Shown piece after piece: positions 11,067 through 21,612 of a stretch of DNA of 64,000 nt. Every line of letters begins with the position of its first letter. Positions within the stretch are counted from its first letter, which is position 1. Where the stretch lies: positions 5,029-69,028 of the forward strand of contig JBLFYM010000006.1 in the NCBI GenBank assembly GCA_047608975.1. Direction: 5' to 3'. The notes beneath the pieces are model-generated. The model saw only the letters and a list, made by a program, of their open reading frames with translations, was not told where the DNA came from and searched no databases. The translations under genes were made by a program, and so were the position numbers. The stretch is from Limisphaerales bacterium. Its GTDB lineage: Bacteria; Verrucomicrobiota; Verrucomicrobiia; Limisphaerales; JAYPXF01.

Positions 11067-11228
11067 TTACCATTCGAGCCGGCGAGAGAACGATCGGGCG
11101 CCTTCTCCGGACGGCTGTCCAAAGAGCAGGTTTTCGATGCTGATGTTCTCATCGAGTTCCAGCCAATGAATGCCGTGACCACCACCCGCCAGCTCCCATT
11201 TCTGAAGATCGCCGGTCCGGGCATGTGA
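11067..11228 (-). pseudogene. DUF2442-like C-terminal fragment
   Basis: KWELAGGGHGIHWLELDENISIENLLFGQPSGEGARSFSRRL resembles the DUF2442 C-terminal half; N-terminal half absent. Confidence 0.65.
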
Positions 11229-11340
11229 GGGGCGCCGATTCTGATGCTGGTGGGCATTGTAGCGGAAGAGCAAGCGTAGACGGGGTATTCCCAATGGTTG
11301 TTATGAATAGTGGCGGTTATGGATTGGTTCGTGACCCAGT

Positions 11341-12675
11341 TCAGCTCAACTCCGGCAGTTCTCCGGTGCTTTCGTTGAAGCTGTCGATGTTGTGGCCGAG
11401 GCGTTTGAGGATGGAGAGGTAGAGGTTGCAGAGTCGGGTGTCTTTTTCGAACTCGATGTGGCGGCCGGGTTTGAGTTGGCCGCCGGCGCGGCCAGCGAGG
11501 AGGATAGGGAGGTTGGCGCTGGTGTGGGAATTACCGTCGCGCATGTTGTTTCCAAACATGATCATCGAATTATCGAGGAGGGATCGTTCGCCCTCTTTGA
11601 TCGCGTGGAGTTTCTGCAGGAATTCCACGTATTTGCCGACGCAGTATTCGTTCGCGATCTGGTAGCCTTCCAGCTTCTCTTTTCTGTTCGCGTGATGGGC
11701 CATGCCGTGGAGGCCGCCGCAGATCTTGTCGACGAAGGAGAAATCGATTCCGCTGGAGCTTCGTCCCATCATGAAGGTGGCGACCCGGGTGCGATCGGTC
11801 TGGAAGGCCAGGGTCATGATGTCGATCATCCGACTCAGATGCTCGTCATGTGACTTTGCCCGTCCGGGTTCGGGAATGCGGCCGGCCAAGAGGGATTTCG
11901 GAACGGGGCGCTGATTCTTTTCGGAGAAATTGAGTTTCTTCTCCAGGCTGCGCACGGAGGTCAGATACTCATCGAGGCGATGCCGGTCATCTTGGGACAC
12001 CGTCTTCATGAGGCCGCTAATACTTTCAAGCGTCATGTCGATGACACTGCGTGTGTCTCCGAGGCCAGAGGTCTTGCCAAACAGTCGATCGAAGGCCAGT
12101 CGGGGAAAACGTTCACGGGCCAGTGGGGTGGTGGGGGTCAACCATGAGATCGAATTGCCGTAGAGCTGCGTGATGCGCTCGCCGGTGTCAACGCCGGTCC
12201 ACTCGGGTTCGGTGGAAAGTTCCAAGGAGGGCAGCAGCGTTTGGTCGGCCAGTTTCCGGGCGGCGGCCTGATCCACGGAGACGCCGCATTGGATGTCGCT
12301 GCCCATGCTGCGCTTGACGCCGGTGCCGACCAGGAAGTTGGAGGTGCCGCCGTAGTGCCCGCTGGTCGGGCGATCGCGGCCTTTCTTGAGGTCGTGATTG
12401 AGATTTGTCAGGACCAGGACTTCATCGCGGATGGGTTCCAGCGGTCGGAGGGTCTTGGACAGTTTGTAGTCCGCCCCGGTCCCTTCGGGCGTCCATTCGA
12501 AAGGATTGATCCCGTTGGGCTGGTAGATCACACCGAAGCGCAGGGGATGCTTGGCGGCCTCCTTCTTGTCGGCACCCCAAAGGACTGTTTCCAGCCAGGG
12601 GAGTCCGAGGCTGACGCCAGCCATGCCCTTGAGGGCCGATCTACGATTCAGGTTCCAGGTCTTTTTGTTGAGCAT
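11341..12675 (-). CDS. DUF1552 domain protein (copy 1)
   Basis: LNRRSALKG Tat-like leader, PLRFGVIYQPNG, SVDQAAA, HRLDEYLTSVRSLE, DGNSHTSANLPILLAG. Confidence 0.9.
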   Translation of the reverse strand: MLNKKTWNLNRRSALKGMAGVSLGLPWLETVLWGADKKEAAKHPLRFGVIYQPNGINPFEWTPEGTGADYKLSKTLRPLEPIRDEVLVLTNLNHDLKKGRDRPTSGHYGGTSNFLVGTGVKRSMGSDIQCGVSVDQAAARKLADQTLLPSLELSTEPEWTGVDTGERITQLYGNSISWLTPTTPLARERFPRLAFDRLFGKTSGLGDTRSVIDMTLESISGLMKTVSQDDRHRLDEYLTSVRSLEKKLNFSEKNQRPVPKSLLAGRIPEPGRAKSHDEHLSRMIDIMTLAFQTDRTRVATFMMGRSSSGIDFSFVDKICGGLHGMAHHANRKEKLEGYQIANEYCVGKYVEFLQKLHAIKEGERSLLDNSMIMFGNNMRDGNSHTSANLPILLAGRAGGQLKPGRHIEFEKDTRLCNLYLSILKRLGHNIDSFNESTGELPELS

Positions 12676-12812
12676 GAGCAGTGGCCATTCGGAGTTAAAG
12701 AAACAGGCGAGGGTGTTTAGATACGAAAACTGAATTGGTGGCAAAAATATGCGGCTCAGCGGCTACGATTCTGGAAACAGTCCGGAACGAGGCGTTCCTA
12801 TTCCAATTTTCG

Positions 12813-15800
12813 TCATTCAGCATGAGCCAAGTATGCTTTCTCTCTGCGGTATCTGAAGGGGTAGCTCTTGATGATAGCGGTGGCAAGGGCGGAGAACCGG
12901 TGGTCGTTGTCCTTCAATTCAGCGACCGTTTTCCGGATGACGCTTTCGTCGTAGTATTCGAGGCTGCGTCCCAACGCGAACCCGAGGCTCTTTTGTGCCA
13001 TCTGATGCAGGAAGGCATCCCGCTTCTCGCTCATCAAATAGCGCTTCAAGCCGGCCAGCCCGTTCAGCTGCGGGCCGCCCTTCACATCTCCCATTGCGTC
13101 CACCGCTTGGCCGTTCGCTTCCTTGCTCCGGAAACGGCCGATGGCGTCGTAGTTTTCCAGGGTGAATCCAAAGGGATCGATGCGTTCATGGCAGACCGCG
13201 CAATTCGGATTGGTGCTGTGCGAAGCCAGACGTTCCTTCGTGGTCAGCGTCTTGTTGCTCAATTTGGATTCATCGATTTCGACGCCATCGGGTGGCGGCG
13301 GGACTTTGCCTCCGATCAAGGATTCCAGAATCCATTGACCTCGGATCACCGGGCTAGTTCGGTTGGGATAGGAGGTCGCCACCAGCACGCTGCCCATGGC
13401 CGGAAATCCACCGCGTTGATTCGTGGTCAGCTCGACCTTCCGCAGGTGGTCTCCCTTGATGTCGGGAATGCCGTAGTGTCCGGCCAAGGTCTCGTTGAGG
13501 AAGGCCGTTTTCGAATCCAGAATCTCCAACACGCTTTTGTCCTGCTTGACGAGGTCATCAAAGGTCATCACCGCTTCTTGATACATGGCCGCTTCGAGTT
13601 TTGCGGTGTAGTCGGGGAATAGTTTTGTATCCGGTTTCTTCTCGGAAAGGATCTTCCGAAAGCCAAGCCATTGACTGGCAAATTCTTGGGCCAGGGAAAT
13701 TGACTTCGAATCCTTGAGCATGCGGCGAACCTGTTCCTCCAAAACACTTTCGTCCTGCAGACGGCCTTCTTTCGCCAACTTCATCAGGGTTTCATCCGGC
13801 ATGGAACTCCAGAGGAAATACGACATCCGGCTGGCCATGGCGTAGTCGCCGACTTGCTGGGCGCTCTGCCCGGGGGCCTCATCTTCAATGCGGAACAGGA
13901 ACTGCGGACGGGTCAGCAGGCTTTGGATTGTTCGTTGCGCCGCCTTCTGAAAATCGTCGGTCTCGCCAAGCGCTTTGTCGTAGATGCCGGCGATGACCCG
14001 GGCATCTGTCGTACTGACCGGACGGCGAGACGCTTTGCCCGCAAACGCCAACAGGGAATCTTTCATCCGTCCGTCCATTTCCTGCTGGAAGGCTTCGGCG
14101 GCTTTTCTCAGATTGTTCCACTGTTTCTGTTCGGATTCCGAAAGTTTTTCTGGAGCCCCCCGGTCTCGCGCCGCCAGATCCGAGAGTCGCGGATGTTCCT
14201 CCTTCTTCGTTTTCAACAGCTGCCCAAACTGCTTCTTCGTCACGAAAGTGAAGAAGTCTTTGATCGGCGTCCGCTTGGCGTATTCGACTTCCTGCCGGAT
14301 GGCTTCGAGGCGCGTCTGGCCTGCCTTGTCCAGCGACACATCGATCATCTCCTTCGCGCCGGCGCTTTTTCCGTAGCCGACGAGCGATGAGAAGATGACC
14401 CACCACTTCTTCGCCTCTTCAATGGCGAAGTGGCCCGGCCCTCGATAGAAATGGGAGTGGGTGTGCTTGCCCTTGGGAAACGGGATCGATTCATCCTTCG
14501 CGTAGACTTGGACTGATCCCTTGTCGGTGGCCGACTTCTCCATGCCCATCGTGGCCTTGAACGACTTCGCACCGGCCGGGAGTTTGAAGGAAAGCAAGGC
14601 CGGAGCTTCGATGTAGAAGCCGCGTTTAATTTCCTTGGACGCGGAACTTTCGAACTGTTTGCCGTCGGGAAACTTGTCCCGATGGATTGCGCCTTCGCCC
14701 TGTTTTTCGATCAGTTCGAGATCGCCGAGATAAGCCACACTGCCATCCGTCAAGGTCACCTTGGGATCGTGGAGGACAATGCGGTCGAATTCGTTCCCGT
14801 CGTCCATGTCGCCCACGCTGAGATACAAGATCTTGGCATTCTCCCGGATGCTCGTTTTCACCTCCAGCCCGGGCACACCCGTGTAACGGGTGTGGGAAAC
14901 GGCCAGTTGGACCTTGCCTGCGAAGTCGTCGTGAAACGCCTGCAGCTCTTCATCCGTGACACTCTCCCGACGGGCTTGGAGTTCCAACCAAGGATCGAGG
15001 ACCCAATGGCCGTAATGACTCTTCCAACGACTGGTCTTGATATCCTTGTCCGCATTGATGAAGGCGATGGCCCAGCGATAGAAAACGCCCGGCATCAGTT
15101 TCTTCTCAATCGCGAGGTCATAGATCTCCTTGTGACTGGCCTCAGGATTCTCCAAGGCCAGTTTCATGGCGGGCATGAGGTAGGGCTTGTACTGCGTGCG
15201 GGGATTGTATTTCGGAAGCTTGTCGAAGAAGTCGTTGTAGAAATTGGTCAACTTGCGCTCAGCCCGAACGAGGTAGGCTCGCGGCGGATAAGTCGGTGAG
15301 AGATCGGCGGTGAAATTGATGCCTCGCGTGTAGCTCACGTCGGCATGACGCGAAATGTCCCGGGCCGCCTTGAAGTATTTCTCCACCATGAGTGGAAGCA
15401 TCGTCATCGCCTCGGCGTTATTGTCGAAGCCCTCCCCTCCTCCGCCGTCGCCAGAGAAATACCGCGCCGGTCTCAGATTGACCCCGGTCAGGTCGCGGAT
15501 CGTGTTGTCGTATTCGGCCTTGTTCAGGCGGCGCAGGTTGTGTTTCCCCGGATCCTTGACGGACTCGTAATCAAATTCATCGATCGTTTTCCGGATCCAC
15601 GAGGTCAGCTTGGCAATTTCCGCCGCGGTCGGACGGATTTTCCGATCCTCCGGAGGCATCACACCCGTTTCGACCTGATCGATGACGCTGAACCATTTCT
15701 GCAGGTGGACCAGAATATCTTTCTCGGTCTGGTAGGCTTCAAAATTCAGGCCGGCTTTGCGCTTCTTGTTCCCGTGGCAATCCGTGCAATGCTTTCTGAG

Positions 15801-15998
15801 AATAGGTTTGATGGTATCGTAGCCCTCTTCGAATCCGGCCTGAAGCGGGGACAGCGGCAACAGCCCAAGGATTCCCGTGCCAATCCAGGCCTTCACGCGC
15901 CAGCGGGTTCGCATTCGTTTCAGAGTCGCAGTCATTGAGGCAAAGACATCATGTTTGGGGTGGCTGAACTTCTGCCAGCTTATCTCAGCCAGTCTCAA
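12813..15998 (-). CDS. DUF1592/1588/1587/1585/1595 protein with cytochrome-c CxxCH motifs and NPCBM-like insert (copy 1)
   Basis: [51 protein letters not shown]; true start probably a few codons inside ORF. Confidence 0.9.
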   Translation of the reverse strand: MRLAEISWQKFSHPKHDVFASMTATLKRMRTRWRVKAWIGTGILGLLPLSPLQAGFEEGYDTIKPILRKHCTDCHGNKKRKAGLNFEAYQTEKDILVHLQKWFSVIDQVETGVMPPEDRKIRPTAAEIAKLTSWIRKTIDEFDYESVKDPGKHNLRRLNKAEYDNTIRDLTGVNLRPARYFSGDGGGGEGFDNNAEAMTMLPLMVEKYFKAARDISRHADVSYTRGINFTADLSPTYPPRAYLVRAERKLTNFYNDFFDKLPKYNPRTQYKPYLMPAMKLALENPEASHKEIYDLAIEKKLMPGVFYRWAIAFINADKDIKTSRWKSHYGHWVLDPWLELQARRESVTDEELQAFHDDFAGKVQLAVSHTRYTGVPGLEVKTSIRENAKILYLSVGDMDDGNEFDRIVLHDPKVTLTDGSVAYLGDLELIEKQGEGAIHRDKFPDGKQFESSASKEIKRGFYIEAPALLSFKLPAGAKSFKATMGMEKSATDKGSVQVYAKDESIPFPKGKHTHSHFYRGPGHFAIEEAKKWWVIFSSLVGYGKSAGAKEMIDVSLDKAGQTRLEAIRQEVEYAKRTPIKDFFTFVTKKQFGQLLKTKKEEHPRLSDLAARDRGAPEKLSESEQKQWNNLRKAAEAFQQEMDGRMKDSLLAFAGKASRRPVSTTDARVIAGIYDKALGETDDFQKAAQRTIQSLLTRPQFLFRIEDEAPGQSAQQVGDYAMASRMSYFLWSSMPDETLMKLAKEGRLQDESVLEEQVRRMLKDSKSISLAQEFASQWLGFRKILSEKKPDTKLFPDYTAKLEAAMYQEAVMTFDDLVKQDKSVLEILDSKTAFLNETLAGHYGIPDIKGDHLRKVELTTNQRGGFPAMGSVLVATSYPNRTSPVIRGQWILESLIGGKVPPPPDGVEIDESKLSNKTLTTKERLASHSTNPNCAVCHERIDPFGFTLENYDAIGRFRSKEANGQAVDAMGDVKGGPQLNGLAGLKRYLMSEKRDAFLHQMAQKSLGFALGRSLEYYDESVIRKTVAELKDNDHRFSALATAIIKSYPFRYRREKAYLAHAE

Positions 15999-16019
15999 CT
16001 AGTCGACGCGGAGATCGAC

Positions 16020-17279
16020 TCAAAAATTCGGACTGGGCCAACGGTCTTCGAAGGAGTTGACCTGCTCCTCGAGCGGGGGTTTGACATTGGGCCAGCTTTG
16101 GGCGCGGATGCGGACAGTGAGGCCGGGGCGGAAGCCTTCCAGAATGAGGGGAACTTCGAATTGAAGCTGAATGCCGCTGCTGCCAAATTCGGGTGTGCCT
16201 TTGACCTTTTGCACGGCGAGGATATTGCCGTCCATACCGTCGTGGTTGGGCCACCAGGTGCGGAGGGTATTTTCGGCAGCGGCCATCTTGGCGCGGGTCC
16301 CGGACTTGAAGTCGGCATAGAGCGATTCATCCATACCTCCGAATAAGGTCGCGGTGATGGTGGCTTTGCCGAACTTGCCGTGGTTCGCAGCATCGATCAG
16401 GGCGGGCATCCAGCGGGTGCGGATGTGGCGGATATGACGCTGACGTTGGCGTTCAGCGGCGACTTTCATCGCGACTTCATCAAGCCATAGGTCGGCGACA
16501 TGAAATTGTTGATAGAGGTGACGCTCGTGCCAGGTGAGTCCCAGCTGAATGGAGATGGGTTGGTCTTCGAAGTTCTTTTTGCCGGCGGCTGGCCAGGTTC
16601 CTTCGGCGATGAGGTCATCGAGGCCGAGCAATTCCCGACCGCGCCAGATGCGGGTGGAGCGATCGATGGTCAGTTTGTGTTCGCCGCCGAGTCCTTCTCC
16701 GCCTGCTTTGCGATCCAGGCTGGCAATGAGTTGGCCTTCCTCGCCTTTGATTTCCACTTCCTTCAGCTGCCAGGCTTTGCCTTCGCGCAGGCAGAGACTG
16801 GGGCCGTCTTCCAGGAGGATCGCGTGGTTTTCGCGGGGCTGACCGAGGCGGGCTCGCTTTATGACCGGGACGGCAGAAGTGACCGGATCGGGCGGCAGGT
16901 AGAAGCGGCCGTAGAGAACGGTGCCGATGGGAATGTCCCGCAACTCGGCCGGTGCGCCCCGGTAATAGATCATGCCGTAGGGCAGCATGGCGAAGCGGTG
17001 CGACTGCACTTCCCTGAAGAACCCGTCCACATGCAGGCGCAGGCTGCCGCGCCGGTTCACGTGATCGACGAAGACGAGTTCGCCGCGGTGGGACTTGGCC
17101 TTGGCAATCGATGGGAACTTGCCGGGCTCGGGTTGGAAAGGTTCGGCGGCCGAAACGTGGCCGATGGCGACGAGAAGGAACGCGGTGATGATTGGGGGCC
17201 AAGTGATGGCAAAAACATTCCGCTGCGCCGTTCTTCTTTTCATACTTTTGCCTGTTCCCATCGAACCAAAGCGAATCAT
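16020..17279 (-). CDS. Conserved hypothetical secreted protein
   Basis: 419-aa ORF with signal-peptide-like region, 4-bp overlap with upstream DUF1552 gene. Confidence 0.75.
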   Translation of the reverse strand: MIRFGSMGTGKSMKRRTAQRNVFAITWPPIITAFLLVAIGHVSAAEPFQPEPGKFPSIAKAKSHRGELVFVDHVNRRGSLRLHVDGFFREVQSHRFAMLPYGMIYYRGAPAELRDIPIGTVLYGRFYLPPDPVTSAVPVIKRARLGQPRENHAILLEDGPSLCLREGKAWQLKEVEIKGEEGQLIASLDRKAGGEGLGGEHKLTIDRSTRIWRGRELLGLDDLIAEGTWPAAGKKNFEDQPISIQLGLTWHERHLYQQFHVADLWLDEVAMKVAAERQRQRHIRHIRTRWMPALIDAANHGKFGKATITATLFGGMDESLYADFKSGTRAKMAAAENTLRTWWPNHDGMDGNILAVQKVKGTPEFGSSGIQLQFEVPLILEGFRPGLTVRIRAQSWPNVKPPLEEQVNSFEDRWPSPNF

Positions 17280-18631
17280 CCCAGATCCAACCTGCGGTTG
17301 CTGTCAGCGAAGCGATCGGTCTCCACGCCCATCTTTTGCGCCATGTTCAGCAGGAGATTGCTCAGGTGCGCGTCGGCGTTGGCCGGACGGGCACAGAGGC
17401 GATAGTGCTGGCCGGGATCGTCTAGCTGGTAGTCGTCGAAGTGGCCCTGGTTCAGATCCAGGTGGCGGCCGTGTTTGAGTCCGCAGCCGGTGCCGCCGGC
17501 GAGGACCAGCGGCAGGTTGGCATTGCCATGACTGTGCCCGTAGGCCATGCCGCTGCCGAACAGAGCCATGGTCGTGTCGAGCAGCGGACGGCCATTGAGA
17601 TCCTGGGTCGTGGCCAGGCGGGTCAGGAAATAGCCAAACTGTTCGACGGCGAAGGTGTCGCTCTGCGTGAGCCGTTCCATGTGGCCAGGATCGCCGTTAT
17701 GGTGGCTGAGTTCGTGGCGTGACTGTGAAATGCCCAACTCGGGAATGGGTAGGCCCTGACCTTCGATGCCGCTGCTAAACGTGGCCACGCGCGTGGCGTC
17801 AGTCTGGAAGGCCAGCACGATCAGGTCATACATGGTTCGGAAATACTCGCCGGCCTGGGTCTGGGGGATGTTGCGGTCAGTGCGCTTACGATCGGCTTTC
17901 GAGATTCCCGGCCGAGGGATGTCGAGCCAGGCATCGGCCCGTTGCGTGCGGATCTCGGTCTCGCGGACGGAGGTGAGGTATTGGGTCAGGCGTCCCTTGT
18001 CTTCCACGCCAATCTTTTTCTCGAGCCGGCGGACTTCGGCGAGGTTTGCATCCAGCACGCTTCCTTTGCGGCGAAGTGCACGTCGTTGAGCTGCCGTGCC
18101 GTTCGTCGGCTCCTCAAACAGATGGGCAAATATCTCAGTACTCCGACTCATGCCGGGAAGCCGGATTCCGTCAGCCGTCCAAGCCAGGGATTCGCCCTTG
18201 TTCGCGATCTCCAGGGAATGATAGCGCGTGTGCGGCGCGGTCACTTCAGCCATCTGCTGATCGACCGAAATGGTATTGCGATCAGAAGGGCCGAGCCGGC
18301 CGCCGGTCAGCCAGATTTTCTGGCAATTGTGATGATGTCCCAGACCGCCCGGGTGATGCAGACCGCTGATGGGCGTAACGACGCCGCGATGTTTTTCCAG
18401 CGGCTGGAGAGTGCGTGAGAATTTGTAGTCTTTGCCGGGAGTGGTGATCTGGTAGTCGAGCGTGTTGACCCCGTTCGGAATGTAGATGAAGACACTGCGT
18501 GTCGGGATGACAGGTTCGGCCGCTCGCGCAGGTTTCATGCAGTCCAGCAGCGGCAAGGCAATGAAGCTGCCGAGAGCCCGCAGGGCGTGGCGACGATCGA
18601 TGAGCCAGGATTGGCTTTGGATGTTGCTCAT
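17276..18631 (-). CDS. DUF1552 domain protein (copy 2)
   Basis: [41 protein letters not shown]. Confidence 0.9.
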   Translation of the reverse strand: MSNIQSQSWLIDRRHALRALGSFIALPLLDCMKPARAAEPVIPTRSVFIYIPNGVNTLDYQITTPGKDYKFSRTLQPLEKHRGVVTPISGLHHPGGLGHHHNCQKIWLTGGRLGPSDRNTISVDQQMAEVTAPHTRYHSLEIANKGESLAWTADGIRLPGMSRSTEIFAHLFEEPTNGTAAQRRALRRKGSVLDANLAEVRRLEKKIGVEDKGRLTQYLTSVRETEIRTQRADAWLDIPRPGISKADRKRTDRNIPQTQAGEYFRTMYDLIVLAFQTDATRVATFSSGIEGQGLPIPELGISQSRHELSHHNGDPGHMERLTQSDTFAVEQFGYFLTRLATTQDLNGRPLLDTTMALFGSGMAYGHSHGNANLPLVLAGGTGCGLKHGRHLDLNQGHFDDYQLDDPGQHYRLCARPANADAHLSNLLLNMAQKMGVETDRFADSNRRLDLG

Positions 18632-18739
18632 AAGATTTGGCGTATTGCTTCTAAATGACGTGACTTAAGGCTCTTCATCTTTGTCTCAATTCTCAGAGCA
18701 AGAATTCAGCCAGTGGACAATTTTTAATCTGTCGATGCA

Positions 18740-21169
18740 TCAGCGTTTCCGGATCAGGTCGGACAGGGCGACGGCGCGGACGGTGTCCTTCAATCCATAT
18801 TGTCTCTTCTTGGCTTCGTCCACGATGGACTGGATGTCTTCGCGATCATCCACAGTGAGCACACGGCGCAGGGCGTAGGTGGAAAGGTGCTCAACGAAGG
18901 CTCTGAGGAAATGTTCGCGATCGTCGCGGAGCAGCCGCTTGAACTGCTCCGCGTCGGCGAAGGCGCGGCCGTCGGGCAGCCTGCCGGTGGGATTGACCAG
19001 CGGGTTGGCGCCGGTTCCTTTCTCGACGCGTTCGTGGGTGCGCCACTGGCCGATGGCGTCGAATTGGTCGAAGGCCAATCCGAGCGGATCGATGCTGCGA
19101 TGGCAGGCGGCGCAATTCGCGTTCTGGGTGTGGGCCGCCAGTTTTTGCCGGATCGTCGCCTTGGGGCTATCCGGCGGATTGGGTTCGATGGGATCCACGT
19201 TCGCCGGTGGCGGTGGCGGGGTTTTGCCGAAGATGGCTTCACTGATCCAGACGCCGCGATGAACCGGACGATGCCGCGTGCCGTCTGAAGTGAGGCCAAG
19301 GATCGCCCCCATCGTCAGCAGCCCGCCGCGGTGGTCGGCGGGTTGCAACGACACGAGCTGAAAGCCGGAGGTCTTTGGCTCGGGCAGGCCGTAGAATTCG
19401 CAGAGGCGCGGGTTGGCCATCGTCCAGTCGGAGTTGATGAACGCATCGATGCCCCGGTTGTTCGCGAAGACTTCGCGGAAGTAGTGGCCAACCTCTTCGC
19501 GCATGCTCGCCTCCAGCCAGACGTCGTAGTCCGGATAGAGCTTCCCGTCGGGCGGGAACATTCCAAGCCGATGCAACTGCAGCCACTGGCGGGGGAAGTC
19601 GTCGATGAAGCGATGGATCTTGTCGTCACTCAGCAGGCGGTCCACTGCGGCGCTCAGCCCCTCGCCGCTCAGCCTACCTTGGCGGACGGTTGCGATGAGT
19701 TTATCGTCCGGCATCGAGCTCCAGAGAAAATACGAGAGACGCGAGGCCAGTTCCCAATCCGTGAGGCGCGCGCGTGGTTCGATGTCGCCCTCAACGAGGT
19801 AAGTGAAGTGGCGGGAAGTCAGCGCCCCGAGCAAAGCAACCTGGTAGGCGGCAAAGACACTCTCGCCAGCGGCGCGTTCGGATTCGTAGGCGCGCAGGTA
19901 GTGACTCAGGTCATCTTCCACCACGGGCCGCCGCCAGGCGCGCTCAGCGAATCGTTGGAGATGATTCGCGACGACTTCCGGCGTCGCATCGTCCGGCGGC
20001 AGCAAGCCTTTGCGGGTCGCACGCTCAGCCTCACTTTCAATCGGTCCCTCCCACTCGATCCAATCCAGCAGCACGGACGAAAAGATCCCGTTGCCGTCCT
20101 CATCGAACATCTTGGGCGCGGTCGGATTCAGCAGGCGGGTTTCACTGGTGTGAGTGAACATGTAGAATGACTTGGAAAGGGCATTGCGGTAGTGCGCGCC
20201 CTTCTGTCGGTCGATGATGTCGGTCACCACGACGTTGAAATGGAGAGTTGCCGGCATCTCCAGGAACACCTCGAACTCGTAGATCTCCGGTTCATCCTCT
20301 GGAGCCAGAATATCCAGTTCGATCAACCCTTCGTTGCTCTCTTCACCCGTTCGCGCGCCAATGCGAAGGTGGGCCGGTTGTCCATCCGGCGGACGGATAC
20401 CACTGGCTTTCATCCGCGCACGGTAAAGGCCGCTGTGCTCAGGCCCGGTTCTTCCGAACCAGTGTTGCGCCAATGCAGGTTGCACCCGGCCAGGAAAGAT
20501 GAGGGCGCGCAGGGGCCGCTTGATCCCAAAGCGATCGAGGTAAGCCTGTTGCTTCTCACCGCCTTGGTATCGAATCTCGGCCGCAGTCTTGCGGACCTTC
20601 CTGGCCGCGACCGGCTTCTCTGGAAAGGCGCGTGCCAGCACGATTTCCGCGGCGCGGTAGTAACGCTCGACATGCGAAGGAGAAAGCGAAAGCCGCGACC
20701 CGATCCGCTCAAAGCCATGCCACAGTGGGTCCGCATTCAACTCGCCCGGCATCGTCGGGTCGTAGCGCACGCCCAGCAGATCGTAGACCGTGTTCTGATA
20801 TTCCTTCCGGCTTAGCCGGTAATGGGCCACGGGTGGTCGCGCTGCCATTCGCGCCGCACGCCCTTCACGAATTCGTGAATCGAGCTGCCCGATCACCTTC
20901 GCAATCTCGCCTTCGCTCGGCTGAGGTTCCTCTTCCGGCGGCATCTCCCCCGCATTGATCCGTTCCACGATCTCCGCCCAAAGATGAGCATCCCCTCCCG
21001 CCTTGAAATCGCGCGACAGCTTGTCGATCCGCAGATCACCCTTCTCCTTTTTCGGCCCGTGACAGCGCACACAATGCGTCTGCAGAAACGCCTCAATCGG
21101 TTCCGCCGCAGGAACCAGGGTCGTTCCAACTACGCAAAGAACAAAAAACGAGAAAACTCGGGACATCAT
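18740..21169 (-). CDS. DUF1592 family protein with CxxCH motifs (copy 2)
   Basis: [52 protein letters not shown]. Confidence 0.9.
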   Translation of the reverse strand: MMSRVFSFFVLCVVGTTLVPAAEPIEAFLQTHCVRCHGPKKEKGDLRIDKLSRDFKAGGDAHLWAEIVERINAGEMPPEEEPQPSEGEIAKVIGQLDSRIREGRAARMAARPPVAHYRLSRKEYQNTVYDLLGVRYDPTMPGELNADPLWHGFERIGSRLSLSPSHVERYYRAAEIVLARAFPEKPVAARKVRKTAAEIRYQGGEKQQAYLDRFGIKRPLRALIFPGRVQPALAQHWFGRTGPEHSGLYRARMKASGIRPPDGQPAHLRIGARTGEESNEGLIELDILAPEDEPEIYEFEVFLEMPATLHFNVVVTDIIDRQKGAHYRNALSKSFYMFTHTSETRLLNPTAPKMFDEDGNGIFSSVLLDWIEWEGPIESEAERATRKGLLPPDDATPEVVANHLQRFAERAWRRPVVEDDLSHYLRAYESERAAGESVFAAYQVALLGALTSRHFTYLVEGDIEPRARLTDWELASRLSYFLWSSMPDDKLIATVRQGRLSGEGLSAAVDRLLSDDKIHRFIDDFPRQWLQLHRLGMFPPDGKLYPDYDVWLEASMREEVGHYFREVFANNRGIDAFINSDWTMANPRLCEFYGLPEPKTSGFQLVSLQPADHRGGLLTMGAILGLTSDGTRHRPVHRGVWISEAIFGKTPPPPPANVDPIEPNPPDSPKATIRQKLAAHTQNANCAACHRSIDPLGLAFDQFDAIGQWRTHERVEKGTGANPLVNPTGRLPDGRAFADAEQFKRLLRDDREHFLRAFVEHLSTYALRRVLTVDDREDIQSIVDEAKKRQYGLKDTVRAVALSDLIRKR

Positions 21170-21612
21170 CAGTTTGCAATTACTGCCGGGATAGCTGCGC
21201 AAGATTACCAAAAAATTAGCAGCCGTAAACCGCTTTAGGCTCTTCTCTTTTCAAACGTTTAAAAGGGTTCAATTTCAGGGATTTCGCACCTTGATCGCCT
21301 CCGCGCCGGCGCTTCCCCAACTCCTCTATGATGAACATCGCCTCGAACCTCAACCGCCGTGGGGGCCTACATTTTCATGGTGTATCTGTGGTCCACCTTC
21401 AGCCATGCCAATATCGACTGGCGCCTGAAGTGGCTTCCTGCTCAATGACAGAATGTTCGGCACACACCACCTGCCTGTCGATCGCTGGCCGGAGGGCTAC
21501 GGTGTCGGTGGGCATCCCGTGCCAAGCGGGTATGTGAAACAAATGCTTTACCCGTTACAGAAGTGAAGAACACACCGTCGCGCCGGGCACATACCGCAAG
21601 GCGCACTCCGCC

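Noticed and set aside
15995-16393. 132-aa minus-strand ORF overlapping 16020-17279
   Set aside because: Alternative frame of a better-supported gene; low-complexity S/P/A composition
21328-21537. Small ORF and possible sigma-54 site (TGGCACG) between sulfatase and DUF1592
   Set aside because: -24/-12 spacing wrong and the peptide has no features
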